NCBI GenBank assembly: GCA_030141605.1
Contig: JAQGDQ010000569.1
Location: forward strand, 62,001 to 126,000
Direction: 5' to 3'
From: Tubiluchus corallicola
Taxonomy: Eukaryota > Animalia > Priapulida
DNA: 64,000 nucleotides
Position numbers and translations under genes: made by a program. Shown here piece after piece: positions 36,061 through 49,200 of the stretch (position 1 is the stretch's first letter; every line of letters starts with the position of its first letter). Below the pieces are notes generated by a model, which was not told where the DNA came from, searched no databases, and saw nothing but the letters and a program-made list of their open reading frames with translations.

Positions 36061-37086
36061 AAACGAATTGAGGACTGTTCGCACCTGGAATGCATCATTT
36101 CTTTCATAATTCCCATAAGATCGTCAGCAATCTTCTTCAATAACACTACCATATCTGCTTCAAATTCTGTAATTAGCACGGTGTCATCAGCAAAAGCTAA
36201 TATGCTCACTATTATACTTTCATCTATTTTGTATCCTCTTTCTGGTCTACTTATTTCTTTTAACATTTTATTAATAATAATATACAGTGAGAAAAATACA
36301 GAGGACATAGGATCACCCTGTTTTACATCTGACGTTAGCATTACATTATCTGTTTTGATACGTCTCCAAATAAATCTAACATTAAAACCATGGTACCATG
36401 ATTTCCAAAATTCAAGAAAGGATTGCTCTGCACCTAAAGGTGTCAATAGCTTAAAATCACGAGGAGTTAAATTATGGAACTCGTTGCCAAAAGATACCTT
36501 TGGAGGTAGCTTATTTTCTGCTTCCAAAAAATACACAAAATTCTTACTAAATGAATATACCTGTAATACATAACTTGTAAGACTAATAAGCAAGCTATCA
36601 AGTGTTTTTTTTTCTCATCTCCTAAGTAATTGTTGCTCTTTCTTATACTTACTTTTTCTCTTAAATTTTCTATATTACACTTTTTTGATACTTATTTTAT
36701 CTCTCCATACAGTCAAAATCCCCTGTCAATAAGGCCCCTATTTGAAAATATATATAATAATCATAATTACTTGTATTAATTGTATTGTTTTGTTTAGATT
36801 TAGGTGTCATCTAACTTTATTATTTTTTTGTTTTCACTTATACTGTTTTCATTTATACTTTGTTTTCATTTATACTGTTTATTATTATTATTTTTTTCCT
36901 ATTTGATTTTGTTATCCGCAGTCTCACCATTTACTTTTAATATACTAATTTAATTATAAGACAGGGCAGGAGACTAGATGACCCTATGGTCCTTCCCTGC
37001 CCTGCTCCACTACTATAATTAAGTAATATTTAAAAAAGCTTGTCATGTCAAACAAATGGAGAAAATAAATGTTCTATGTCTATGTC
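36060..37086. mobile_element. Two further LINE fragments: minus-strand RT core (~36060-36370) and plus-strand CR1/L2-type 3' end (~36380-37086)
   Basis: VKQGDPMS...LAFADD on minus; SLKSRGVKLWNSLP on plus, followed by an AT-rich UTR and an AATAAA-(CTATGT)n tail. Confidence 0.65.
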
Positions 37087-37248
37087 AATACTTACCATGC
37101 ACGTAAATGTGTACTCACAGTTCGTACGCCATCATGTGGACTTTACTCTTTGCTTTGAGCGCACAGGATCATGGGTAAAATGATATCATTCGATGTGTAA
37201 ACAAACCCGCGTGGTAAACTACATTATCGTCAGTTTCAACAACAATTT

Positions 37249-37863
37249 GGCGCTATTACACTTTCGCACCGCCTAGCTTTTTATAGGTTATTACTCGTTT
37301 TTAGGCTCGTAAGTCATCATTCTATTATTCATCTTGTTTGTGTGTGTGGTCACGTGACGAATTTCGTACTAGTTTATGCATTATCAGGGCCTAGCTTAAA
37401 AGGCACGTGACACACTTTCATCTTCACCGCATTTACGAAATAAAGAAAAAACTTTTACCTTTTTTATAATCTAATAGTAATAATACTACAGTAATAAATA
37501 AAATTAATGATAAATAACTGTTCCGTTCCAGGCCCACCCGCGATACGATACAAACTCTCGTAGCTGCAACCCTAATAATCATAAATTATGCGAAGAAACT
37601 AAAAATACAGGTTAAGGGCCACACGTCACTGCGCGAGAGCGATTGCGCATCAGTGATGTAAACACGGTTATTCACGTGCAGCTTTTAATGGCGGCTGTAG
37701 GTAAGTAATGCATGATTTTAATCTGGACTTATAAAGCGTACGCAGCAATAATATTATGGGAATATGGTGTATATTACGCCTGTTGGTCTGCTTTCTGGCC
37801 TGCAGGCGTGAAAACAACCAATAGGCCAGGAAAAGCTAGGCGGTGCGAAAGTGTAATAGCGCC
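37249..37863. mobile_element. MITE with 33-bp TIRs and 8-bp TSD (Merlin/Mutator-like GG termini); a second left end at ~32289
   Basis: GGCGCTATTACACTTTCGCACCGCCTAGCTTTT ... AAAAGCTAGGCGGTGCGAAAGTGTAATAGCGCC, with TSD AACAATTT on both sides. Confidence 0.85.
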
Positions 37864-38064
37864 AACAATTTTAATGGCGTAAAGTGCTGCAAAGGTGAGT
37901 TGACTAACAAAATAAAACGAATTTTTAGAAATCAGCATGGTGGCAACAACAATGACAGCAAATCTAGTCTGATATCATTGTATGCAAAAGTCCAAAGGAT
38001 ATAGAGCGATAATGTTTATGTTTTTTTTCCAAATTTGAATGCTTAATTATGTAATGGTAACTGT

Positions 38065-39175
38065 CAGGGGCGTCGTGCACCAAAAAAAATTGGGGGGGGG
38101 GGCGACTGTATATAATGGCGGAACTTAACTGTTTAAAAAACGTATAATTTTGAAAAAAATAAACAGTATTTTGCGTGCAAGAAAAACGATTTATTTATTC
38201 CCAACTGGCATTTAACTTAAAGCTATAGCAACGGAAACTTAATTAAAATTAAATTAAAATTTAATTAAGTATTTATTAGCTGTCAGGAATCCGACGCAGA
38301 ACATCACTCCAGAAGAGCTCAACCACAGACTTCAAGTCGATATTCTTTGTTTTAACAGCCTCAACTGCAAGGATCATCGGGTCACTCAGTCGTGCCTGAC
38401 TCATTGTACTGCGGAGAGCATTCTTGACAAATTGCGGGAACACGGTTGGACTTGAAAAATGAAGTCAGATTGGACTGCCTTGACATCGTTTAAGAAATAT
38501 TGCTAAAATCGCTGCGAAAACTACCAGAGATTCTCCTAGCAGGAGAAAAATGATGAAATGTGCTCAAAATCACGCCCTTTTATGCAGCAAACTCGTGGGA
38601 AAGAGTCGCTAAGGAGTAGCAAAGAGTCGGTAATGTCCAATCACGAGGTGGCTGAGCCGTAGCTCATCAATTTGTATCTCCCAAACCGACTCTCTGGTAC
38701 TAGACGAGCTGGACAAACTGACTCTCTGGTACTAGGCGAGCTGGACAAACTGACTCTCTGGTACTAGGGTAGCTCAACATGACTTCAATGTTTGCATTGT
38801 TTTCGCTCTATTATTTCACTTGTTCTCTATTATAACACACTGCTGAACGAAGCTCGTGTGCTAACTGAGCCGTTTTGTTAACTAACAGTCTTTTGTGCAA
38901 AGACGCTAATGCTACTAAACGAGCTGCTTTGTTAACTGTTCCTGCCTGCCTCCTGAANNNNNNNNNNNNNNNNNNNNNNNNNNNNNNNNNNNNNNNNNNN
39001 NNNNNNNNNNNNNNNNNNNNNNNNNNNNNNNNNNNNNNNNNNNNNNNNNNNNNNNNNNNNNNNNNNNNNNNNNNNNNNNNNNNNNNNNNNNNNNNNNNNN
39101 NGGTGATTATTTACTAATATCATTTCTAAAAAAATTGGGGGGGGGGGGGCGGGCCCCTATGGCACGACGCCACTG
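38065..39175 (-). mobile_element. Internally deleted hAT transposon (spans the assembly gap)
   Basis: TIR CAGGGGCGTCGTGC / GCACGACGCCACTG and 8-bp TSD GTAACTGT; minus-strand remnant VKNALRSTMSQARLSDPMILAVE resembles the hAT dimerisation domain. Confidence 0.8.
38958..39101. other. Assembly gap (N run)
   Basis: Run of n characters. Confidence 1.
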
Positions 39176-41582
39176 GTAACTGTTACTAGTGTTTGTGTTT
39201 AAAAAGTCAATGTTCCTTAAATTAAATTATCAGCAGTAACTTTGCAAACTCACCAATGTCTAATAGTCATATTTATGCCAACTGAAGGATAGCTAACTAT
39301 GTGACCTAAAGACAAAAACAACAAACTGAATAAAATATTTAAACAAAAATTTATTATAAAGCTATTATAATTTACAGATTTTCTGCAATGGGAGCATGCT
39401 GAAAATGAAAACAGCTGTCGATACGTGAAGGATTCTGGCTATCATCTAACCAAAATACGAAAGAGGACTGTTGTCAGTGGCACAGGAGTGGTGTATATAA
39501 AGGACTTGGGTAAAACAAGCAGCATCTGAAAGTACAAGGATCAATGAGGCAAAGATGCTCTGCAAGACTAACAATCTGGACTAATGAAAATGGTAAGAAA
39601 TTGTAGCTGTAAACTAGTTGACAATTTTTCTGACAAGTAGAAACCGAGTTTTGCAAATCTCAGTTTGGAACGCTAATCAGTAAACTAAAATGCATTAGTG
39701 ATTCATTACTTACTTTCGATTACGGATGCATTCGTTAATTTAGTTTTGCATAACTAAAACTATAGATGCCTTTAAGTTACCAGAAGTTTTTAGTGAGTAA
39801 AAGCTAAATACGGTATTATCCATCTTTCTGGTGAAAGTGCAAAGTATTTTTTTATATATGAAAGCTGAATAAGGAAACTTGTAAAAGACTCATATTATTA
39901 TTATTTAATTCATATTATACTCACATTCATATTATTATTATTTAATTCATATTATACTCACATTCATATTATTTTTTTAATTTGCTATTTGGGTTCATTT
40001 TGTTAGCTATGTTTATTATATATATATATATACAGACTAATACTAACTATAGTAGTAACTTTTTTTCAGGAACAGAAGTAGTATACTAAGTGGTCCACTC
40101 ACATAGCTTGGGTGGCATCAGTCATTTAATTTTACGGAAGGAAGAACAGCATGAAATAGTGGACATGTTGCCAACAGGAATATCCATTGACAAAATTGGA
40201 CAACCTTGAAGCTAAAGTGTGTTGAGAGAGGAAATTTACTTTTTACTGTACATAAAACATAAGTAGACATTGACAAGCTGCAAGCATCGACTTAGCATTA
40301 TTGTAATTCAAGAGCTGTGTTACTGTTGTGGCAAACTGATATTATAACATAACATTTTCATTATAACAAAGAACAATGTTAAACATCCACTTAATTATAT
40401 GCTAAATATTGATCTTAAATACTGTCGAGTGCTAATTAATTAATGTAATTGGTTTGAAATTCTATATTAAATGTACACGTTGTAAAAATAAATGTAAATT
40501 GTAGTCCTTAAGACAGTAGTTTCAAATTTTGAGCAGATGCGATATGTGCAGTTTTGCTAGTTTTTTATAAAATCCTGACTGGGATAGCATATTTATTAAT
40601 AGCTGGCTAAGATAACTCTATCATCTACAATATTAGTAAACAGTGAAAAGCAATAGTAAATAAACCAAAAAACTTTAAAAATGTGAGTCGCATTCTTCAG
40701 GAACTACTAGTTTTTGTAACGAGGCCTTCTCAGTTTAGGCAAATGAGTACCTGAACATCTTTGGTTTTCCTGCACATGGAAAGTGGTGGCTTGTAGAATC
40801 TTTTTAGGGAGTCCGCTCTCTCTCCAACTCGTCCCGAAGCTGGATGCTTTGACTTGTGCATTGGCAGTGGAACAGGTAAGCTCTGGTCAAGCCTTGCTTT
40901 CTTTCTTGCAGGACAAGCACTTTCATAAGGTCAAACCATTGTCTTTCTTTACCAGTTTTGTGGCTTCCTCAAGACATTCGTCTACTAAAGCTGTTCAATT
41001 TCTAAACTGATCTGGGTCAGCATCCTTGCTGAAATTGTAAGTCAGGTCAATTACCTGTTTCAAAGTGGACCTTGCTGATATCAGATGGTTTTTGAATTGG
41101 CCATGCCTCAATGGTAATTCACCAGTTGAAGAGTTTCCCGCCCCATCAGGTTCATCTTCTATTTCGCTACTATCAGACACCTCATGGTACTCTCTCTCTT
41201 GAATGAAACATGGTCATCTGGAGCTCCATGAATTCTCTGTTCACCTTACTAATAGGTATCATTATGACCTTTGTTACTTTATTAGTAAAAGGTATAAATC
41301 AATTTAAATGAAATTATTCATTCATCGCAGCCTATATCATTATCGTAATTACATATTATGTTTCCTTGCTATTGTTACATAATTTACTTTATTACATCAA
41401 TTACATTAAGTCAACTACAAAAGCACGCATAACTTTAATAATTTTTTAATTTAAGTAAGGTCAGTGTGTTAATGACCGTATGGTCGTACACTCACCTCAC
41501 ACTACTCAAATCATTTTATTTATTGTTTATTAATGTGTACAATATTGTATTTTGATGTGTGAAAAATAAATTCATAGGTCAT

Positions 41583-41860
41583 AGTTCATACACTATCGTT
41601 ATCATAAAAGAATAATTGCACTGCAGTGGGCTAGAGAAGCAAAGGCTTGTATAAGCCCACTGTCATGTGAACCCGATAAAGAAAGAATGGATGAGTGAAC
41701 AAAAAAAGAACTGGGAGAAAGGTTAGATCACACAGGAAGGGTAGAAGGATGTGTTAGTGGAAATGGTAGGAAGAAAGATAATAGATTGCGCTATGTTGGC
41801 ATCAGCTCTAAAGATTTATCAATGATGCCTTGTTTTGCATAATCTGTACCAGGATTGGTA
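41583..41860 (-). mobile_element. Fragment of the 3'UTR of the same LINE family as 33772-36060
   Basis: Near-identical to ~33870-34150 (CTGCAGTGGGCTAGAGAAGCAAAG...CTGTACCAGGATTG). Confidence 0.75.
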
Positions 41861-44477
41861 TAATAATCTGTACAAAGACTTGACTGGTATACTGACTATG
41901 TGTAGGTGTAATATTCTTTTTTGACGTCACGGCATGTATGCCTGCCATTTTTTCTAGTACGTTTCTTAGAATGTGTCAAAATCGTTTGCACTGCACTATT
42001 TACAAATCGCGAATAACAAATCCGTCGTACTAGGAAAATAATGTAAACTATTTTAGCACGTCATTCGTACTCATCTCAATGTACATAATTCAGTTGTATG
42101 GTCTCCACACCAGGTGGCGGATTCACGAAAGTTCTTACGAACGCATTTTCTTCGTAATCCCAGCCCAGTTATATCAATCACTGGCTGAAAACATAAAATT
42201 AAAAACAAAAAGGAAATATTACAGAAACTTCATTTATTATGTACATGTCATTTTGTATTCATAGCAAATAATGACATTAATGGTTAATGTAAAATACAGG
42301 GTGAAGCAAAAGTCAATGCCCCACGCTATAAATAAATACAACAAATTTACAGAGCAGCCTTTTGCTAAGAGTGCTTTTGAAAACGACATTCTGAACATTA
42401 CTATTAAAGCAGATCTCCAAATATATTTTCACATCTCTAAATTAAAGGAAAAGACAAGCAAAAAAATAATATATCCAAGTGAAATTACGTACAAGCCATT
42501 AAACAGACAGTAAAAATGAAAATCATGCTTACTAAATTACAGTCAAATATCATTAAAACGCTCCTCTTTATGATGCCAAGCTCGTTCAACGCTCACACGT
42601 AAACAAAATGTCTATACTTGCATAGATATGTATGTATTAACGCAGATCGTTTATAATGAGAACTTTCTCAAACCTTTTGCAATCCTAAAGTGGGCGGAAC
42701 AAAGATATTTGACTCTAAAACATGTTTACTACACAATGTACGTGAACTCCTGATTTCCATATTTTTAATAATACACTTACACTTAAGTATAAACTGGAAA
42801 ATCCGGGGTACAAAAACCAAAACAATTAAAATACCCCAGACTTTTTACAGAAGGCAAAAAAAAAATTCATCTAATCTCTAACTCGGTTACAACAGTAAAG
42901 TCCGAATAACTCGAATCCAAACGAGACGAAAAAACTTTGAGTTAGGCGATATCGACCATTTTCCAACGCAGAAACTCTAAAACGTTCCTCTAGATGGCGA
43001 GCTAAACTAGAAGGCGGAAAGACAACCCTTCTATACATAAACACGACTTTTTATGTTAGAAAAGGACAAGTACACAACACTGCTAAACAATATGACAGTG
43101 GAGCTACCAGTGTCTTACGTACTACAGTTCAGTTTGTGCATAGTTCAATTATTTACGAAACTTTTTCTTTTTCAAAAGTATAAATTGCATTTTTGAGTTA
43201 GTCGAAGTAAATTACACATATTTTGCCTAAATGGACCATAATTTTTTATTTGAGTTGGGCGAAATTTTGAGCTAAGGATTTCATCTGTTCCGCTGAAATT
43301 CTTTGAGTTACGCGGAGTTTACCGTACGAGGTTTAGGGCTTCCTTGGTTCTCTCCCTCCAAAGTTTTGTTACAATAAAAGCGTTTCTGTCATTATAGCGT
43401 TGCGTTAGATCAACTTACAGCCATTCTGTGTGATACATGACTGGTCTGCCAGACTTGCGAGACACACTAACTACGTATTAAGCCATTCTTTCTACGGTCA
43501 AACCTCGTTACACGGTCCCCTCCCCTGTTCTACTGTCTGCAGAGCGAACAAAATGGCTGTATTCAAAAAGTATGTAACTAACCTATTACAATGCCTGCCA
43601 GGTAAATTAACATACATGTTCAATGGAGAAATACCGCCAGCTGTTTCATCTTGTGCCAAATAATGCGCTTAAAAATAGCGGCTTCTCGACATAACGCCAA
43701 GCTAACACTGGGGGGCGCACGTCGGGTGTCATATAAAATAACGCCTGTATGTTATCATGTTTTGATTGTCTGCAAATTGTGCTGTACATCGTACAATCAC
43801 AATAACATTATTGTCAATGCCACTCGGTTACTACGGCAACCGACAAGAGAACTCCTGGCTAAGTTATAGTTCTATAGTTGTTGTTATGACATAACTTTTT
43901 TACTATATATGCATATAGCTTACTACATGACACGTTTATCATGTAAACAAAAAGTTCTTACTGAAGATGATTAATTCTGAATAAGCGATTAATTGACAGA
44001 TAATTAATTTAATAATTTATTAACAATTAGAGTGAATTTTGAGGACCCTAATCTGTGTACACTCGTGTGACCGTTTTGTCTACAGCAAAATTTAATACAC
44101 CTATGTATAGCGTGAACCCGGCTGTAATACCAACGTATTCTCCGGTGCCAAAGTGGGGCCGTATAAAGAGGTTTGAACCGCCGTTACCTTAAGAGGACAA
44201 GTCACTCGCTACACAACCTAAGACGAATATAATATTTACACAACTGGTTACATTATAAAGACATCTGCCAGTCACGATTTGTAATTTTTTTCTAAAAACG
44301 AATACAATGTCCTCAGTGCACGCCAAAAGTCATATTTAATTAAAAGATTATACGATATTTATAATAGCGCACTGAAGCAATCTTTTTCGACGGTTTGGTT
44401 CGTGTCCATTACTCCGTACTGAAAAAAAGAGCAAAGACAATAAGTGTACTTACAAACAGAGGCAACAAACGAAATGT

Positions 44478-44815
44478 AATAATAATAATAATAATAATAA
44501 TAACAGTAACAATAACAAAAACAACAACAACAGCAGCAGCAGCAACGACGACGACAACAGCGACAACAACAGCAACGACAACGATAATAATAATAAAAAA
44601 TAATAATAACAGTAACAAAAACAACAACAACAGCAGCAACGACGACGACAACAGCGACAACAACAACGACAACGATAATAATAATAATAAATAATAACAA
44701 TAACAATGGCAATGATGATAATAATAACAATAACAATAATAAAAATAATAATGATGACAATAATAATAATAATAGTAATAATAATAATAATAATGATGAT
44801 GATGATGATGATGAT
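44478..44815. repeat. Compound trinucleotide microsatellite (AAT/AAC/GAC/GAT)
   Basis: Visible low-complexity triplet runs. Confidence 0.9.
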
Positions 44816-45614
44816 ACAGTACACTCGTATCTCTGTTTGCTGGACCTCGCACTTACGGATATCGGAAGAATCGGACAAAATCTGGACCGTTAAAAAGTCC
44901 CGCATACTATGGACACAGTCCGTTGTTTCTCGAGCCGACCGCTAGTTGGTGAGCCGTCACTTTGTTTGCATCATTACATCGTGTAACGATTGCTTCTACA
45001 TTACCGTTAATCTAACACACGGCACCCACTGTATTAACTTAGTATCGGTAAATACGGACAATCGGCAATTTCGGACCGACGTCTCCCCGCTCTTGTCCGG
45101 CAAACAGAGACATGAGTGCACGTACAAATACACTTGCTAAACTGTGACTAATGTGTAACAACACAGATTATTTCTTACTAACAAGACAGTGACCGTGAAC
45201 ATAAAAATTCCACAAAAAACGAGAATAAAGAAAGGGCACAACATTTCAAACAGCCACTGGAGAAGAAAAAAACGAGAAAGAAAGAGAAAAAGATCACAAG
45301 AAATAATTGGAACTAATTTTTGGAGGAATATTTTCTTGATATTACTACACAATAAATATTATTATAAAATAAATACAAAGAACTAAAATTCCAATAAAAC
45401 TAGTTCAGTAGCTCTAGTAATAAACTGTGATTCTTTAAATAATACTAAGACCATGATGTGAAAGCATGATTAATGCTTTAAATAATACTAAGACTGTGTT
45501 AAAGCATGATTAATGCTTTAAATAATACAAAGACCATGATGTGAAAGCATGATTAATGCTTTAAAAATTACTAAGACAAACAACTTTAGGCAGATTTGAC
45601 TGCAATGAAATTAC

Positions 45615-46153
45615 TTACTTGTACGGATGATAACCACCACGGCTGCTGGGTTTCTTATAACCGCCTCCTTGTCCACCTGAAGCAAAATTGTGCTCAAGTT
45701 ATTGTAATGCAAGTGGCTTAGTAAAACAAAAACATTGGTATCGCCATCTATACACAGAAAACCAATCAATTTTACAGAGCTTCTGCTACAATCTCAGAAT
45801 GATTTTGGTGAACTGACATCATCATACAGTCATGATGATCATAGATCATTTGTACTATCGCTCCACAACCACAAGTGTCGACAGTTTTCACACAATTCGG
45901 CTAATGATATGGATTCTGAACTTAGATATATTGTTCCTCTGTTAGCAAGAACATGAGGTTATCTTCTAGGATGGCGAAGACTTAACCCTTTCACTACGTA
46001 GTTGGCTTTTTAACTGGGCCACATTGACTTTTGGACATTCGACAATAACTTCTTGTGGTGTGTTACTAAAACAGAATCTTGTAAATAAAGAAACAGTTGT
46101 CTGTTAATAATGACACTTTTATTTCTACGTGTGCGCACACATACACACACTCA

Positions 46154-46202
<49 letters not shown>

Positions 46203-49200
46203 GCACACCTTCATAAGTAATCACGTACTTACATTTAGAAACCAGTCTTCACAATAGACACGATACTAATCAATAATATGCAATCATGTTATTATAATGC
46301 AGAACAATCAACTATAAACATACATTTACATCAACGATCTACAAGTGATTTTGCTTGGGAATATACCATGCAGTACAGTATTGTCGAATGCACCTGGCTT
46401 CAATGCTGATTGGCTGGTTAGTGTTACTTGTTGTGAAGCAAGCCCCAATCCCACGGATGTAAAAGCTTTCTATAATGTTTATTGCTGAGCTTGGGCAGCA
46501 GTCTACCGTCTTCCGTCCCTTGCATGACAAACAAAGGCAGGAGTGTGCCACCTTTCGTAGTGAAAGGGTTAAATAACTCGCAGTAATGCAATTTGGAGAG
46601 TTTTTTTAATGTTTCCAAATCATGAAATGTATACACAATTTTGTCTCCACTTACCTCCGTATCCACTGCCCCAGCTACTTCCACCGCTGCCGTAACCTCC
46701 GTAACCTCCGCTACCGTAACTTCCGCCGTTTCCATAGTAACTGCCATAATCGTACGCACCACCACTGCCATAACTGCCACCACTGCCGTAGCTGCCGCCT
46801 CCGTATCCGGAAGAACCGTAACCACCGCCGCCGTAGCCTCCGCCGTACCCACCTTAAAGCAGGCATACTAATTAGCTTTGACATGACAAACACTGCGAGG
46901 TTACGACACGAGTTTTAGTATAAGACTGAGAAATGAAATTTAAATACAATGGCAAAGTTTTGACAAATGTATTTTTAACATACACTCTTACTACGACTGA
47001 GACCTTTTATGCACAGAGTTAAAACAAAACAGGACAATTTTTCATATCCTACCCTATTGTGAAGTACAGAAAATGTATACATATTAACACATATGATAAT
47101 GCCGAAGTATTTCTGATAATTAAATAATGAGTTAAAAACTTAATTAGCAGCAGGTGAGCCCAGCTAGTGATTACGTCGCAAATTAACATAATTTTCAATA
47201 GCATAAACATCCTATAAGCGTGTTGGGCGTGTTCGCGAAAGCGAAAATTGAAGTACAGTGCTACTGAAAGAAATTCAGTGTGTTGTACTAAAATTAGGCA
47301 AGTTTTGATATCATCTTTTCTCCCTAACTTTTCCATGACATTCCAGGATAGCTTGTATCTTCCTGTATCATTTGTTGTTACATTCAATGTTGATTGTCTT
47401 ACTCACCGCGACCACGGCCACCCCCTCGTCCACCTCCGCGGCCTCCTCCACGACCACCGGGTCCGCCTCGTCCTCCGTCAGACTTTGGAGCTGCCTTCTT
47501 TACGCTGCACTGTAAATCGCATACGAAAGATAATTGTGACACACATACTTATTCTCAATTACTTTTTATCTACATCTACTTTTGCAGTATCTATTTGTAC
47601 TACCACTTACTTTTGCTGTATCTACTTGTACTATCACCTACTTTTACAGTATCTACTTGTACTACCACCTAGATGTTGTTTTAAATGTGAAGCCTAAATG
47701 CCATTGTGCGCATTGCATAAGGTGAGAAAAATGCAAGGATTCCGTTTATTTGTACTAAAACGCTGCATTTTAGTCAGTGGATTACATGTTTATTTTGGTC
47801 TCGATTAATTGAATTACTGTTCAATCGCTGACTATATCAATTTATAACATAGCTGTAATATCGATTAATGTATTAATTGCCCATCACTATACTACACACA
47901 CAAATGAACTACAGACGTTAACCCTATACTCACCTCTCTGCCATTAATCCACTGCTTGTCTGTTCTCACTGCATCACTGCAAGCTTCCTCGCTTTCGAAC
48001 GTCACGAACGCAAACGTTTTCTTCACGTTGTTCACTCTGTCGAACGGCCACTCGATGAGCTCGATCTGAAAATCACACAAGCAACAACGTTGAAGCTTTC
48101 GGCCCACTCGGACGCGTGCAAGCTACGATTCTGCATCCAGATTACACTGACACCCACACAGAAATGCTAGCAGCTCCCAGACAAAAGCTCACCTAGAGCA
48201 GAAAATACCTGAACGAGGAGTTTATATATCCTATTTTACTTCAAGAATTTTAACACTTCACAAGAACCAAATGGGTGAACTAGTTGCTACTGTCAAACCT
48301 CTTTGTACCTCCTACTTTGGGATAGTAAAAATGTTAGCATTAAGCGAATGTAGCATTATAACGAAGAGCATTAATACATTCATGTCTATGAAAATATATG
48401 CATTTTGTTTTACAAAAAATCTGGGCATTAATTAAAACACAAGAAAACCATCCTCTTACATGTTCCTTAAAAAATTCGCCTTGCAATTTCATACCAGTTA
48501 CGTACAACCTTATTGCATGCAGGGCTTGCGTCGGCAATAACACTTGTATAGACCTTGTAAATTTAAACTCCCGCGATGACCGTTAGGTATAGTCATTTTC
48601 ATAGTAGGTCATTTGAAACAAGTTTAGATAACATTGCATGAAGTTTGAAAAATAATCAAAGCACTCGTATCACACACGTCATTAAGTAAGAAAAATTTTA
48701 ATTTACTGCATCTTGTCAATGAGATTAAAAATACGTTTTTGGTTAGGGAGTGGTGCACCCTAGAGGGTGAGTCAGCGACATTTTACCAATTGGTGAAAAC
48801 ATTTTAAATAATAATTTTCTTTTCTAGTTACATAAGTCTTTCCAGCAGGTAAGTGAAATGCTAACTAATATAGATTTGCACGGAAAGTTTGCACGTGACA
48901 TAATTGAACACTGGCATTTCTTCCCCCTGATTTACGTATGCATAGGTGACGTCATGTAATGGCGCCGTCCGAACAGTGTTACGAAAGATTAAAAATGAAA
49001 ACAAACAAAAATTCCTTTCCACGCGAGTACGATATATGCATAAAGTTCCTATAAAATAATATAATTTTTTCATGACAATTTTTCAGAAACCTACTTCAGG
49101 TACCTCTTTTCTTGTCCTTTAAGCAAGACTGGCATTATAAAGGGAGGCGTTATAACAAGGATTGAAATTGTATATTAGAAAGAGCTTTTTAACAGATTTT

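Noticed and set aside
35598-36593. 331-aa ORF as an intact reverse transcriptase gene
   Set aside because: It is a chimera of three LINE fragments with RT motifs out of order, and the downstream RT is frameshifted.
39470-41240. Possible exons or a degraded transposase (coding-like patches at ~39480-39590, ~40070-40210, ~40780-41240)
   Set aside because: Stops and frameshifts, and no motif I can assign with confidence; needs tblastx/HMM searches.
44359-44945. Multiple low-complexity ORFs
   Set aside because: Compound trinucleotide microsatellite that is open in many frames.
12500-45600. A STING/TIR effector gene adjacent to the cGLRs (operon-like system)
   Set aside because: No STING-, TIR- or other effector-like exon was recognisable between the hnRNP genes; any receptor must be encoded elsewhere.
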